Shown here one piece after another: positions 24,901 to 35,492 of a stretch of 64,000 bases of DNA. Under the pieces are notes generated by a model. It had not been told where the DNA came from and did not search any database. It worked only from the letters and a program-made list of their open reading frames with translations. How positions within the stretch are numbered: position 1 is the stretch's first letter; each line of letters starts with the position of its first letter. The position numbers were made by a program, and so were the translations under genes. Source of the stretch: Macrostomum lignano (taxonomy: Eukaryota); contig NIVC01000061.1 in NCBI GenBank assembly GCA_002269645.1, forward strand, positions 620,001 through 684,000, in the 5' to 3' direction.

Positions 24901-27900
24901 ACCCGTGACCTTATGACCCAATTACCGGTATTCCATGACCTTATCACTTTATTGTATTATGACCTAATGACTCTATGACCTTGTGACCCTAATGAACCTA
25001 CGATCTTAAAGTCCCTTTGACCGTATGACCTTATCACTGCACGACCTCAAGCTACCTGCTCTATCGCGGCAGGGTTAATTAGAACCCAGCTTATTAACTC
25101 AGTGGCTGCCTTTGATTGCGAGTAACGCAAGCCTTCTCAGCTGCGAACTAACCGCGGCTAAGGCTGCTTAACTTACGTTATTGACCAACAATTGTGCTGC
25201 ACAGACTCCGCTTGTTCGCAAGCCATCGAGTCTCGCGCTGCTGTGTAGCAAAACTGAGCCTTCAATGAAATTTACTCTAATTAGCACATTGACTCCCTGA
25301 GTAACGAAATGCTCGAACCACATCCGGTTCCGGCGTCAGGTGAGCCGTAAGCAGCGCATGACGGAGTCCGAGCTCGAGCGCGCCGAATCCCGCGCCGAGG
25401 CTAGCGAGCGGCGCGCCAAGGAGCTGCAGGAGGAGCTGCAGCGCCTTGGCCACAGCCTCCGATCGCTGGAGGCCAGCGAGGCCCAGGTGAACAGAAATAT
25501 GGATATGATCTAATTCTAGACGGTCTACTACTATGAGTAGCGTTGATCTTATCTAGTTCTACTATTACGAGCGTATACTCGTATAGTTTAGGAAGCATTT
25601 ATTATAATCTTAGGTGAAAAAAATCGACGCAACCCTATGGACGCACTGTCAAAACTTATTGATGAGTATGATTGGTTCTTATTTGTTTACTAAAATTTAC
25701 TCACCTGTCAGCATGCGCGCGTTTTCTTTTTCGCTTGTCCCCGGCACTTTGCATTTTCTGGGATTTGTGCCCTTTTTTGCTGTTCTCGCTTCTCTTTGGT
25801 GTATTTTTTTTATTGCTGTTGCTTACATGTGCGTGTTAGCATTGCGTGAAATCATTTCACCCTATCACCTTATGATCTCAGGGCCTTATGACCCATGAAC
25901 CTATGACCCTATGAACCTATGACCCTATAGCCTTTTGACCCTATTATATTATGACCCCGTAACCTTATGAGCCTATACCCTATGACCTTATGAACCCATG
26001 CCCATGATTATTTGACCATATGACCCCACTTTCTTGTGACCACATGACCTATGATTTTGAATTTATGACCTACGTCGCCCTTCAACCTGGGGCTACCCTT
26101 ATGATTCACTTGAACCTTGTGGTCTAAGTTACTCCTATGATCTACGTAACCCATTGACCTTCATTGACCTTCTCGAGGTCCCGCTTACCCACCTGCCCAG
26201 TCCCGTCGCATCCATGCATAATAACCCGTCAGCCAGCAACGCTAAAAGCAGCAAACCGACAACTGTAGCAAAATTCTGGAGCTGGAGGAGGAGCTGCGCG
26301 TTGTCGGCAGCAACATGAAGTCGCTCGAGGTCTCCGAGCAGGAGGCGGCCCAGCGCGAGGAGTCCTACGAGGAGACCATCCGGGAGCTCACAGACCGGCT
26401 CAAGGCTGTAAGCGGCCGGGCCGTCGGGCCTGTGGCTTATGCAGTTCATTGTGTACTTTTAGTGTGGCAGTGGCGGATCCAGGAGCTGCTGGCTCTCCAA
26501 CTCCTATGGGCAATGTTGCACTAGAGAAATTTTACTCTATAAAAGTAGTTTTAAAGTCCAGTAGAAAGAATACCTAAAAGGCCTTACAAAACCTGAAGCA
26601 TCTAAAGAGTTAACCGAAAGGACCTAAAGTGTACAAACCTTGGACTTGAAGCGTAGCGTACAGACCTGAAGGGTAGACCTGAAGCGTACAAACCTGAAGG
26701 GTAAACCTGAAGGACCTGTAGCGTACAGACCTGAAGGGTAAACCTGAAGCGTACAGACCTGAAATGTAAACCTAAAGGACCTGAAGCGTACAGACCTGAA
26801 GGATAAACCTGAAGGACCTGTAGCATACAGACCTGAAGGTTATACCTGAAGGAACTTATAGATACATCTAAAGGACCTGCAGGGTAAACCTTATTGAAAT
26901 AACTTATTGACCCGAATGGCAAACATGGTCTGAGAGCTAAGCCTGATGAACCAATGGTCTTGGAATTTTCAAAAAAAATTTCCTATCAGCTGATCTGAAT
27001 CCGTCACTGCCAATTAGTCGTACAGAAACTGAACTTTTCATATTACAATATCAATGGCTATTGAGTTTCTACTGCTGAAATTTGATTCATTCCTGCTGTC
27101 TATTCAATCAAGACAATTTCTGTTCACTCTGCTGTCAGCTCATCTTGCATCGAGTTTTTTCCTGTCGCTTCTTTTGCCTGCGTAAATTTCCCGAGCTTGC
27201 TTGCAACCCGCATGCTGACAGGTTGGTGTGAAATTTTTTATTAAAAATACGAAAGCAGATTTTGTTAGTGCCAGTCTGCGCCAGTCCGGTTGCTGAGAAT
27301 CTCCGCTTGAGCACGTGCCTCCTCTGCAACCCGCATCGTTCGTTTGTTTCTTGCAGTCAGTTGACAGAGAGGAGTCCTACGAAATCCAGATGAGAAACCT
27401 CACGGACAGGCTGAAACAGGTAAAATAACTGCATTTATCACTTTTTCTCTTACAAGATCTACGATATAATTTATGAATTGTAGCAACATGTATTGTTTCA
27501 GCGTAGCTAATGACTGCGAATTTGCCTGCGCATGCCTGTTTACTTTGTTTTGGCGTACATGTAGCTTGACCTTTGACCTCGCTTGGCTTGACCCTAGGCC
27601 TACACAGTGCATGACCCTGGTTTGAACTCTTGATCCCTGACCTGACTTTTGACCTTTGACTTCACCCAGCTTGACCTTTTATTGACCTTTGACCTCACCC
27701 AGCTTGACCTTTTATTGACCTTTGACCTCAACTAGCTTGACCTTCAATTGATCTTTAACCTTAACCAATTTGACCTTTTATTGAACTCTTGACCTTGACC
27801 TAGCTTGACAGCATCTTTCTATCTACGTGTTTCTATCTTTCTTCGTTCCCTTGCCATCATATCGTTCTGTATTCTGTTCTCTTACTGGCCTGACGCTAGA

Positions 27901-30900
27901 TTCTGTCTGTCTCTGACCTATCTTGTGCCCCCCCTTGACCCCGGTGACCCAGGCGGAGCAGAGGGCCCAGGAGGCGGAGCGCCAGGTGTCGAAGCTGCAG
28001 AGCGAAGTGGACCGTCTCGAGGGTACGCGGTTGAGCCTGACTGAGCCTGTGTGCCTGAAATCAATGTTTTATTGTCTGTGTAGTACTTTGACTATGATTT
28101 ATGATGCTCACAGAATCCCAGTCGTCTGTCTATATTTTCAGTATTACAGTAGTTTGTATATTTAATATTCGCCGTCGGTGACGCAGCGTATCCAGGATGT
28201 TTTGCTTGCTGGTTTGCCGTGCTGTCCTCAATTCATGCGAATTTGTTTATTTTTTGGCTCTGCCAGGCCACCGAGAGAGCTGAAAATGTTGAACGGGAGG
28301 CGGCCAAACGCCAGAAAGAATTGGAGAAGGTGGAAGGTAAAATGCAGTAGAAACGCAGTAGTTACTACTCATTAGTAATATTCAATGTTGTGTTGTAGCC
28401 ACGGCACTTTTAATTCCTTTAATAACCAACACTATTGCCGATTTAGTTAATCAACACAATTTATAATGATTCTTTCGATCTAAATTAGCTGCAATAATTA
28501 CCTGCTTAATCTTAATCATCATTAATGCCTATCAATCGAAGTGATGATTTTAATGGCTTATTATTTCAAGTGCGTATTTCGTATGGAGCAAGCGGAACGA
28601 GAGTTGCTCGTGATGAGGCGCGAAAGAGACTTGGCGGAAGGTTGCTAAATTATATATATATAGTAGTTTGCTTTAGTGTCGGTGTCAGTTTTAGATTTTA
28701 GTATTCATTTTTGTCTGCCATGAGAAACCGGTGATCCTAAGCACTTTTAATTTGCCATCGGCTAAAACTATTATTTTTTAACACTGCTCTGTGGTTTGCA
28801 TGTTGGCGGTAAAAATTTTCTGTTACTAACTTGCATTTTTATATGGCTTCCGGTTTTTCATTGTACCCCAGTTCCAGGCGGCGGTATGGGGTTCCCTACG
28901 TTATATGGTTTTTGGGCTCTAAGCGTCCTTTATGGGTTGTGGGCTACCTACGAATTTTATGCTTTATGGTGCAACCCACACCTTTCAGTTTCTGGGGGGT
29001 TGCGATTTTTGTGAGTGCTCGGGGCATTCTGGGGCTCCCTACGTCATGTGGTTTTTGGGCTCTGTACGTCCCTTGCGGGTTTTGGGGCTAGCTACGTATA
29101 TTATGGCCTATGGGGCTACCACAACCCTAATAGTTTCTGGGGCTCTCTACGTCCCTTTTAGGTTCTGGACTCAGGTATCTTATGGGATCCAGTTTGTGGC
29201 TCCCTTATTCCATTGTGAGTTCTGGTCTGCGTTTTTAACGCACTATGTGCAGTTCTGAAGGATTCCCACCGTGCTGACCCTAATTTGATTTTTAGGGCTC
29301 TTTATTACCACTCAGCCGATTCGATGTCAATTATGGGGCTCTCTACGGCCATGCGATTCGGGGCTTCCTAACACCCGCTTGGTTTTATTGTAGCAGTTTG
29401 GTGGCTCCCCACCACACTGTTCGAATTTCTGGGTGTCAAATAAGAATGAAAAGGCCGGACAGCTTGAGACGCATGCTTGAATAATTTTGACGTGACTTGG
29501 CCCCAAACTAAAACATTCGCTCTCCTTGCCTGCGCCCCCGCTTGCAGAGAAGTTGATCGAGGAGAAGCAGCGCACCTCGGCTCTCAAGCAAGAGATGGAC
29601 GCCATGCTGACAGAATTTCAGCAGCTCTGAAGCTCCTGAAAAATATCCTGTCGCTGAAGCTGATAGAGATTCTCAATTACCCATCTGAGCACGGACTTTT
29701 GACGTTTGTTTTGCTCTCCCATAGTTTTGTGGCAATATAATAATTCCCTGCAGCTACTGAAAGTAGCCATTTGTGCAAATTTCCAGCCTGTAAGGCATTC
29801 TAGGAAAGGAGCTTTTTCAATAACACGTTGCTTATCGTGTATGAGTAGCCTTTAACAGTAGTATGCGGTGTCGGTCTGCTGCCTTGGTCTGTTTTTGCTA
29901 TTCCCGAAATTGCTGACATTGGTACGGCATGCATTGCGCGAACTCCAGCTGAACTCCCGTCTAATAACCCAGTGCTGAATCACTGCGGCCTTGTGCATTG
30001 CATTGCTAGCAAACTAATTTTTCAATTTGTTCAAATTCACCTATAATTTCTATTGGTATTAATCATGTATGCCTGTTTTTTCGTTTCGTATCAATTCATT
30101 TTTATTTAGTCACTAAGCAACACTAATTACGATTAGAATTTTTAAAAACAAATTAGCAGTTTTTATAGTTCTGTTTTTTAATTCAATATTCTGCCAAAAT
30201 GTTAAAAAGGTTATTATCTGTCGTTGGTTTAAATGCTAGGGTTTAGCAGAAGTTTTTAAATGTGCTATGTCACATCTGGACTTAAGGTCTGGTGGAAAGG
30301 AGCCTGGCTTAAGAATTATACACTCCTAAACAGTCCAGTTTCAACCCCTCCCCTCAATGTACACCCTCCCGACCAACCCAGTTTCAACTTCAACCCATCT
30401 AAATGTACACTCTCTCTCGACCAGCCCAGTTTTAACTTCACCCCCCTCAATGTACACTCTCTCCCGACCAGCCCAGTTTCAACTTCAACCCATCTAAATG
30501 TACACTCTCTCGACTAGCCCAGTTTCAACCTCCAATCTACACTCACTCCTGACCAGTTCAGTTTCAACCCCACCCCCAATGTACAGTCACTCTCGACCAG
30601 CCCAGTTTTTCGACCCCCCTCCCCCTCAAATGTACACTATATCTTTGAAACTGTTTTACTAAGCTCCGAACCTATTTAACAGATCAATGTGTTTCAGTCT
30701 TTTGTGATCAGTAAATCTGATTGATTTCTCCCAGTTTGCTAGTAGCTCCAGCTGCTTGAACTAGTTGATGATTTAAGAGACAGAGGTTTCTAAAGCTTAT
30801 TTTGATGTTTTTGATTGCTAGTATTACGCAAATCGCTCTGCCAGCTGTACCTATATTAACCCAACAATAGTATTCACATTTATTATTTACTCGCATGTAC

Positions 30901-32383
30901 TCCCCAACTTTTATTTACTTCTCCGTTCCGCACTTGACATGAGTAGCCAAGCTCAGTCTGAGGTATTTTTTATTGCCCAACCAAAGTAGTTTTTTTCAAC
31001 AAACGAAGTTCATTCATTGGAATAGACCTTTTCCTACTCACCTGGCCTACCTAGCTTTCGTATCGATTGTGTTTGCTCTACGTTTTTTACGAGCTCTAGG
31101 CATAAGTTGTATAATTAATATGGACTTTAGATAACACTATTAATAATAAAGCATGAAGCTTAGTCGCTCGCTTTGACCTTCACGCGTTAGCAAAGCAAAT
31201 GCTTGAGACTGAGTAATAAATGATGAGCATGTGCTGCATCTCCTGCATGGCTCTGATGTGTTTTGCTAAATGCATTAAGAATTCCTGGAACCAGTTGGAC
31301 TAGCTGTGTCACCGAGGGTAACAAAGGTTATTCCCGTTATAAATGTAATAAATTTGCTTGCAACGAAATCCCGAAATGTTGTCCCCCACAAGGACTTAAG
31401 TACGAGAGGAAACCTCGTTTCTTCGAAAAAATTTGAGGCTGGTTCTACCCGAGAAATTCTAAGAAGATCTAGAATTCTATGAATTCTAAGAAAGGAGGTT
31501 TCCTGTCCTACCTAAGTCCTGGACTGAAGCTCAGTCTCTGGAAATATTTGGAAATTAAATTGAAATCAAAGCATTCAACACCAACATATTGATCGGTTTC
31601 TTTGAGAATACAAGTAAATGTAGTTGGAATAAAGAAGTTTGATCAAAAAGCCTAAAAATTGTCATATTTCAAAAATCCACCGTAATTGTGAGGAAGTCTA
31701 TGAACTTGTTAAAACCACAGATACTAGAATAACTCGTAGATGGGCTGGGCCACTCAGCACATTTGCGTGTAAGCTACTTTCAGTTCAGTAGTATGTTAAA
31801 CAGAAGCATTTTAATGTATTCTAAACCCAAGGCTCATTTTTAATTATCGACTCTTACCCCAGCCTAAATCCTCCAACCGCGCCTTTCCAAGTGTTTCCAC
31901 ACCAATTAGTTGTTTATTCCTGCAAGCTTGGGCTTCTAAGCTTATCAAAGTCATTATTTATTATAAAATAACGTGTATATATTTCTTCTTTGCTACTGAA
32001 CTGAAAGTTGAAAGCTGTTTTACTAAGTATATATGCCCGAGTGGCCCAGTTACTTTAGAATCTGTGGTTAAAATTGGCTCAGATGAACATGTACTACTCA
32101 TAGTACCTGTTAGACCAACTTTATACATCACACTCGATATACATGTATTCGTACATATATGTATGCACCTACTGATAGTTACACAACTTTAAATTTATAG
32201 ACGTGGACGCCTTTTTAGTTGTGTTAAAGTACATGTATTAGTATTCGTGTACGATTAATTGTACAAGTCACTGAATGATCTCAAACAAACAACTCTGCAG
32301 ACGATCTGCTCTCGGAGAAGGAGCGCTACAAGGGCATCAGCGACGAGCTCGACACCACCTTCGCCGAGCTCACCGGCTATTAG
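18953..32383 (+). CDS. TPM: Tropomyosin, long muscle-type isoform (284 aa)
   Basis: join(18953-19014, 19262-19439, 21590-21723, 23070-23258, 26269-26407, 27953-28022, 32301-32383) = 855 nt. MDAIKKKM start, [39 protein letters not shown] end. Confidence 0.95.
19729..29630 (+). CDS. TPM: Tropomyosin, short non-muscle-type isoform (about 255 aa) using the divergent exon track
   Basis: join(19729-19881, 21590-21723, 22726-22843, 25340-25486, 27357-27419, 28267-28336, 29548-29630) = 768 nt in frame; exon sizes match canonical tropomyosin exon modules (134, 118, 71+76, 63, 70, 83). The exact combination is inferred, not observed. Confidence 0.8.
20929..21315. mobile_element. hAT-like MITE (387 bp) in tropomyosin intron
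   Basis: TIR TAGGGGTTGGACGTG / rc TAGAGGTCGGACGAG (12/15); flanking 8-bp TSD TTATTACC / TTATTAAC (7/8); subterminal inverted CACGAT/ATCGTG motifs. Confidence 0.65.
21808..22273. repeat. About 24-26-bp minisatellite in tropomyosin intron 3
   Basis: CAGCTTTGGCGCCCCTCCCTATCAG. Confidence 0.9.
23440..23855. repeat. G-rich about 55-60-bp repeat
   Basis: GGAGTGAGGTGGGGCTGGGGAGGGGTAGGAAAATT. Confidence 0.9.
24645..25030. repeat. Degenerate ATGACC-rich low-complexity tract
   Basis: TATGACCC/TGACCTTA motifs; similar tracts at about 25865-26165 and 27560-27810. Confidence 0.75.
26620..26885. repeat. Degenerate ACCTGAAG repeat
   Basis: AGCGTACAGACCTGAAGGGTAAACCTGA. Confidence 0.8.
28571..28640 (+). 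CDS. Putative third tropomyosin exon-8 variant
   Basis: ttcaag|70 nt|gttgct, phase 0 to phase 1 like the other exon-8 copies. [23 protein letters not shown] aligns with [23 protein letters not shown]. Confidence 0.5.
28850..29370. repeat. Highly degenerate TGGGGCT(C/A)CCTAC repeat
   Basis: Recurrent TTCTGGGGCTCCCTAC-like words. Confidence 0.65.
30330..30635. repeat. Degenerate repeat CCAGTTTCAAC..AATGTACACTCTC
   Basis: About 6 diverged copies. Confidence 0.75.
31391..31520. mobile_element. Small MITE-like hairpin element (130 bp)
   Basis: 33-bp inverted termini AGGACTTAAGTACGAGAGGAAACCTCGTTTCTT vs rc AGGACTTAGGTAGGACAGGAAACCTCCTTTCTT; no clear TSD. Confidence 0.5.
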
Positions 32384-33437
32384 CGGCCCTAGCAACAGCA
32401 GCTGCGGCCCTGACTACGTATTCTCCGCTGACCACCTTATTTTCACCTTCGCTATTAATTTTTATATTTTGAAGGAAAACATTTTCGTCGAACTTTACTG
32501 TTGGAATCTGACGGCTCCCCGCTTTATTCAACATCTCTTGCGTGTTTTTTTCTGTTCTCTCAAACCAGCCGCTTTTACCTTTTTATTTAATTTCAGCATC
32601 CACCACTGCCTGGCCTTCCCTCTAAACGGAACTTATCGCACCTTTGCTGTTGTGTTCATTTTAGTCAAGCCTGAAGTTTAGCAAGCAGCTTAACCCTAGT
32701 TGCCTTAGTAACTAACTGTATGATTGCCGCATCACCGATATCCAACACGAGCGTACGAGCGTATTTATGATTAATAAATTCTGCTTTAATTAAAGTGCTT
32801 TACTATCTAGAATATTGACTAATGATAATAAAATCTGAAGGTTACACAATTAATAAATTTGTGTTTGCTATCAAAAATTGGTCCTGCCCTTTAACACATT
32901 CTAAGGCTACTACTTTAGCGAGTAGCATGCAGAGCATTATGCCACGCAGATGAAATTAAAAAGAAGAAATCGCCAAGTATTTTAGTGAATCAGCAAGGCA
33001 CTCAAGTAGTAAATTATGCGCAAAACCTAATTATAATAAATCATATTTTGTTATTGTAAAATGTAGGAAAATGGAATTGATAAAATCCTGGGAGTCAATA
33101 TAGTGCGATCTTGCATGGTTACAAATAGGATTTGGTAAAAAGGCAGACAGGTTAGACAATCAAAACGAGTGATTTGGCTCGGAGTTGTAATTGGAAGCAC
33201 ACACAAAACTCTGGAAAAAGGTAAACAGTTTAAAATAATGGGAATGTCGGTTTTTTAACTAAAAGTACACACAGCAGCGTACACACACTGTGGTGGAAGC
33301 GCGAGATTCGATAATGTTACTGAGCAGAAAGCAAAGCATTGGCCGCATTGGTCCAGTAAAAACAGCAATATTGGAAAAACGGCTATGATTATAATAAGAA
33401 AATGAGTCTAGCATTTCCAACTGAGATCGATCGGATA

Positions 33438-34957
33438 ATACACCATTTTACCCTCGATCCCGAACAAGGAGAACTTCGAAACTGACAAACTCCTCTTCAA
33501 TATTGACACTCTATGGTCGGGCACTCAAAATCCACAATCAATATTGACAGATCAAGCTTCAATTTTGACAAACTCTGGTTCAATTTTGACAATGCACGTT
33601 TAGTCAACTTCTCCTGGGAGAATTCGGTAACAAAGTAATCCAATGAAAGCCTGAACGGGGCTGAAGTGAGCTGTGCAAAATCAGCTTATTCTGACTTTGC
33701 TTTTTGGATCTACAAGTATTGATAAAATTTATTTTTCTCCATCCTTTAGACACACAGACTAAAATAGCCTGACTGGTTGGGGTGCAAAGTCTGATTCTAT
33801 TTTGACAGAGTTGCTTCAAAACTGACACTCTATGGTTTGTGTACCCAAAAAGTCCGCTTCATTTTTGACAACTCCGAATCAATATTGAACAGTTAACAAT
33901 CGATTTTGACTAAGACATTTTTTGAAATAGATTTTAACAATTTTTACTAAGATTTCTCTCTTGAGGGGGGTACTTGCTATTTGGGAGAAGGGGTACTGGC
34001 TGCATGTATCCACGAGTACATGTATGGGAACATTTTTATCCAGGGATGCTTGCTATCTGGGTGGATGTTTGCTACCTGGATGATGCTTGCTATCTGGGTG
34101 GATGTTTGCTATCTGGGTGGATGCTTGCTATCTGGATGGATGTTTGCTATCTGGGTGGATGCTTGCTATCTGGGTGGATGCTTGCTATCTGGGTGGATGT
34201 TTGCTATCTGGGTGGATGCTTGCTATCTGGGTGGATGCTTGCTATCTGGGTGGATGCTTGCTATCTGGGTGGATGCTTGCTGTCTTGGGATGTTAAATGA
34301 CCGGCCTTTTGCTAGAGTCCCTTGAGAGAGCAGGGACTCTAGCAAGCATCCCTGGATAGAAACACTCCCATACATGTACTCGTAGATACATGCAGCCAGT
34401 ACCCCTTCTCCCAAATAGCAAGCACCCCCCTCAAGAGAGAAATCCTAGTAAAAATTGTTAAAATCCATTTCAAAAAATGTCTTAGTCAAAATCGATTGTT
34501 AACTGTTCAATATTGATTCGGAGTTGTCAAAAATGAAGCGGACTTTTTGGGTACACAAACCATAGAGTGTCAGTTTTGAAGCAACTCTGTCAAAATAGAA
34601 TCAGACTTTGCACCCCAACCAGTCAGGCTATTTTAGTCTGTGTGTCTAAAGGATGGAGAAAAATAAATTTTATCAATACTTGTAGATCCAAAAAGCAAAG
34701 TCAGAATAAGCTGATTTTGCACAGCTCACTTCAGCCCCGTTCAGGCTTTCATTGGATTACTTTGTTACCGAATTCTCCCAGGAGAAGTTGACTAAACGTG
34801 CATTGTCAAAATTGAACCAGAGTTTGTCAAAATTGAAGCTTGATCTGTCAATATTGATTGTAGATTTTGAGTGCCCGACCATAGAGTGTCAATATTGAAG
34901 AGGAGTTTGTCAGTTTCGAAGTTCTCCCCGCTCAAAATCGAGGGTAAAATGGTGTAT
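33438..34957. mobile_element. Foldback / non-autonomous DNA transposon with 618-bp inverted arms
   Basis: Arms 33438-34055 and 34340-34957 are near-perfect reverse complements (ORFs 33604-33828 minus and 34567-34791 plus are identical). Termini TA-CACC...GGTG-TA; internal A(T/A)TTTGAC/ATTGAC subrepeats; no transposase. Confidence 0.8.
34056..34275. repeat. 19-bp minisatellite in foldback spacer
   Basis: TCTGGGTGGATGCTTGCTA. Confidence 0.9.
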
Positions 34958-34973
34958 CAGATTAAATAAACGT

Positions 34974-35300
34974 AGAAGGGGTAAGTTGACCTTCAAGTGT
35001 CCAGAAGGGTAAGTTGACCTTCAAGTGTGCAGAAGGGGTCAGTTAACATTTAAGAGTCCATAAGGGTCAGTTGACCTTTAAGTGTCCAGAAGGGGTAAGT
35101 TGACCTTCAAGTGTCTAGAAAGGGTCAGTTAACCTTTAAGTGTCCATAAGGGTCAGTTGACCTTTAAGTGTCCAGAAGGGGTAAGTTGACCTTCAAGTGT
35201 CCAGAAGGGGACAGTTGACCATTAAGTGTCCATAAGGGTCAGTTGACCTTGAAGTGCCCATGCCCAGAAGGGGTCAGTAGACCTACAATGATTATCCAGG
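34974..35300. repeat. 29-bp minisatellite
   Basis: GAAGGGGTAAGTTGACCTTCAAGTGTCCA. Confidence 0.9.
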
Positions 35301-35492
35301 TGACCTTCAGTTGTATCGAGCGGGTTAGTTGACCTCAAAACAAATCGTACTTCTAACGCGTCAAAATCTTGAACTAAATAAATTTATAAATAACAATAGT
35401 AGAGTTACTAAAAAATCACAAAAACAGTGCACACGAATGGCTGAGCAGACGGGGCAGTTGCTAAGCCGGTCAGCCAGACTGGCCAGCCATCC

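Noticed and set aside
33604-34791. Two identical 74-aa ORFs on opposite strands
   Set aside because: Consequence of the inverted arms; no transposase or other motif.
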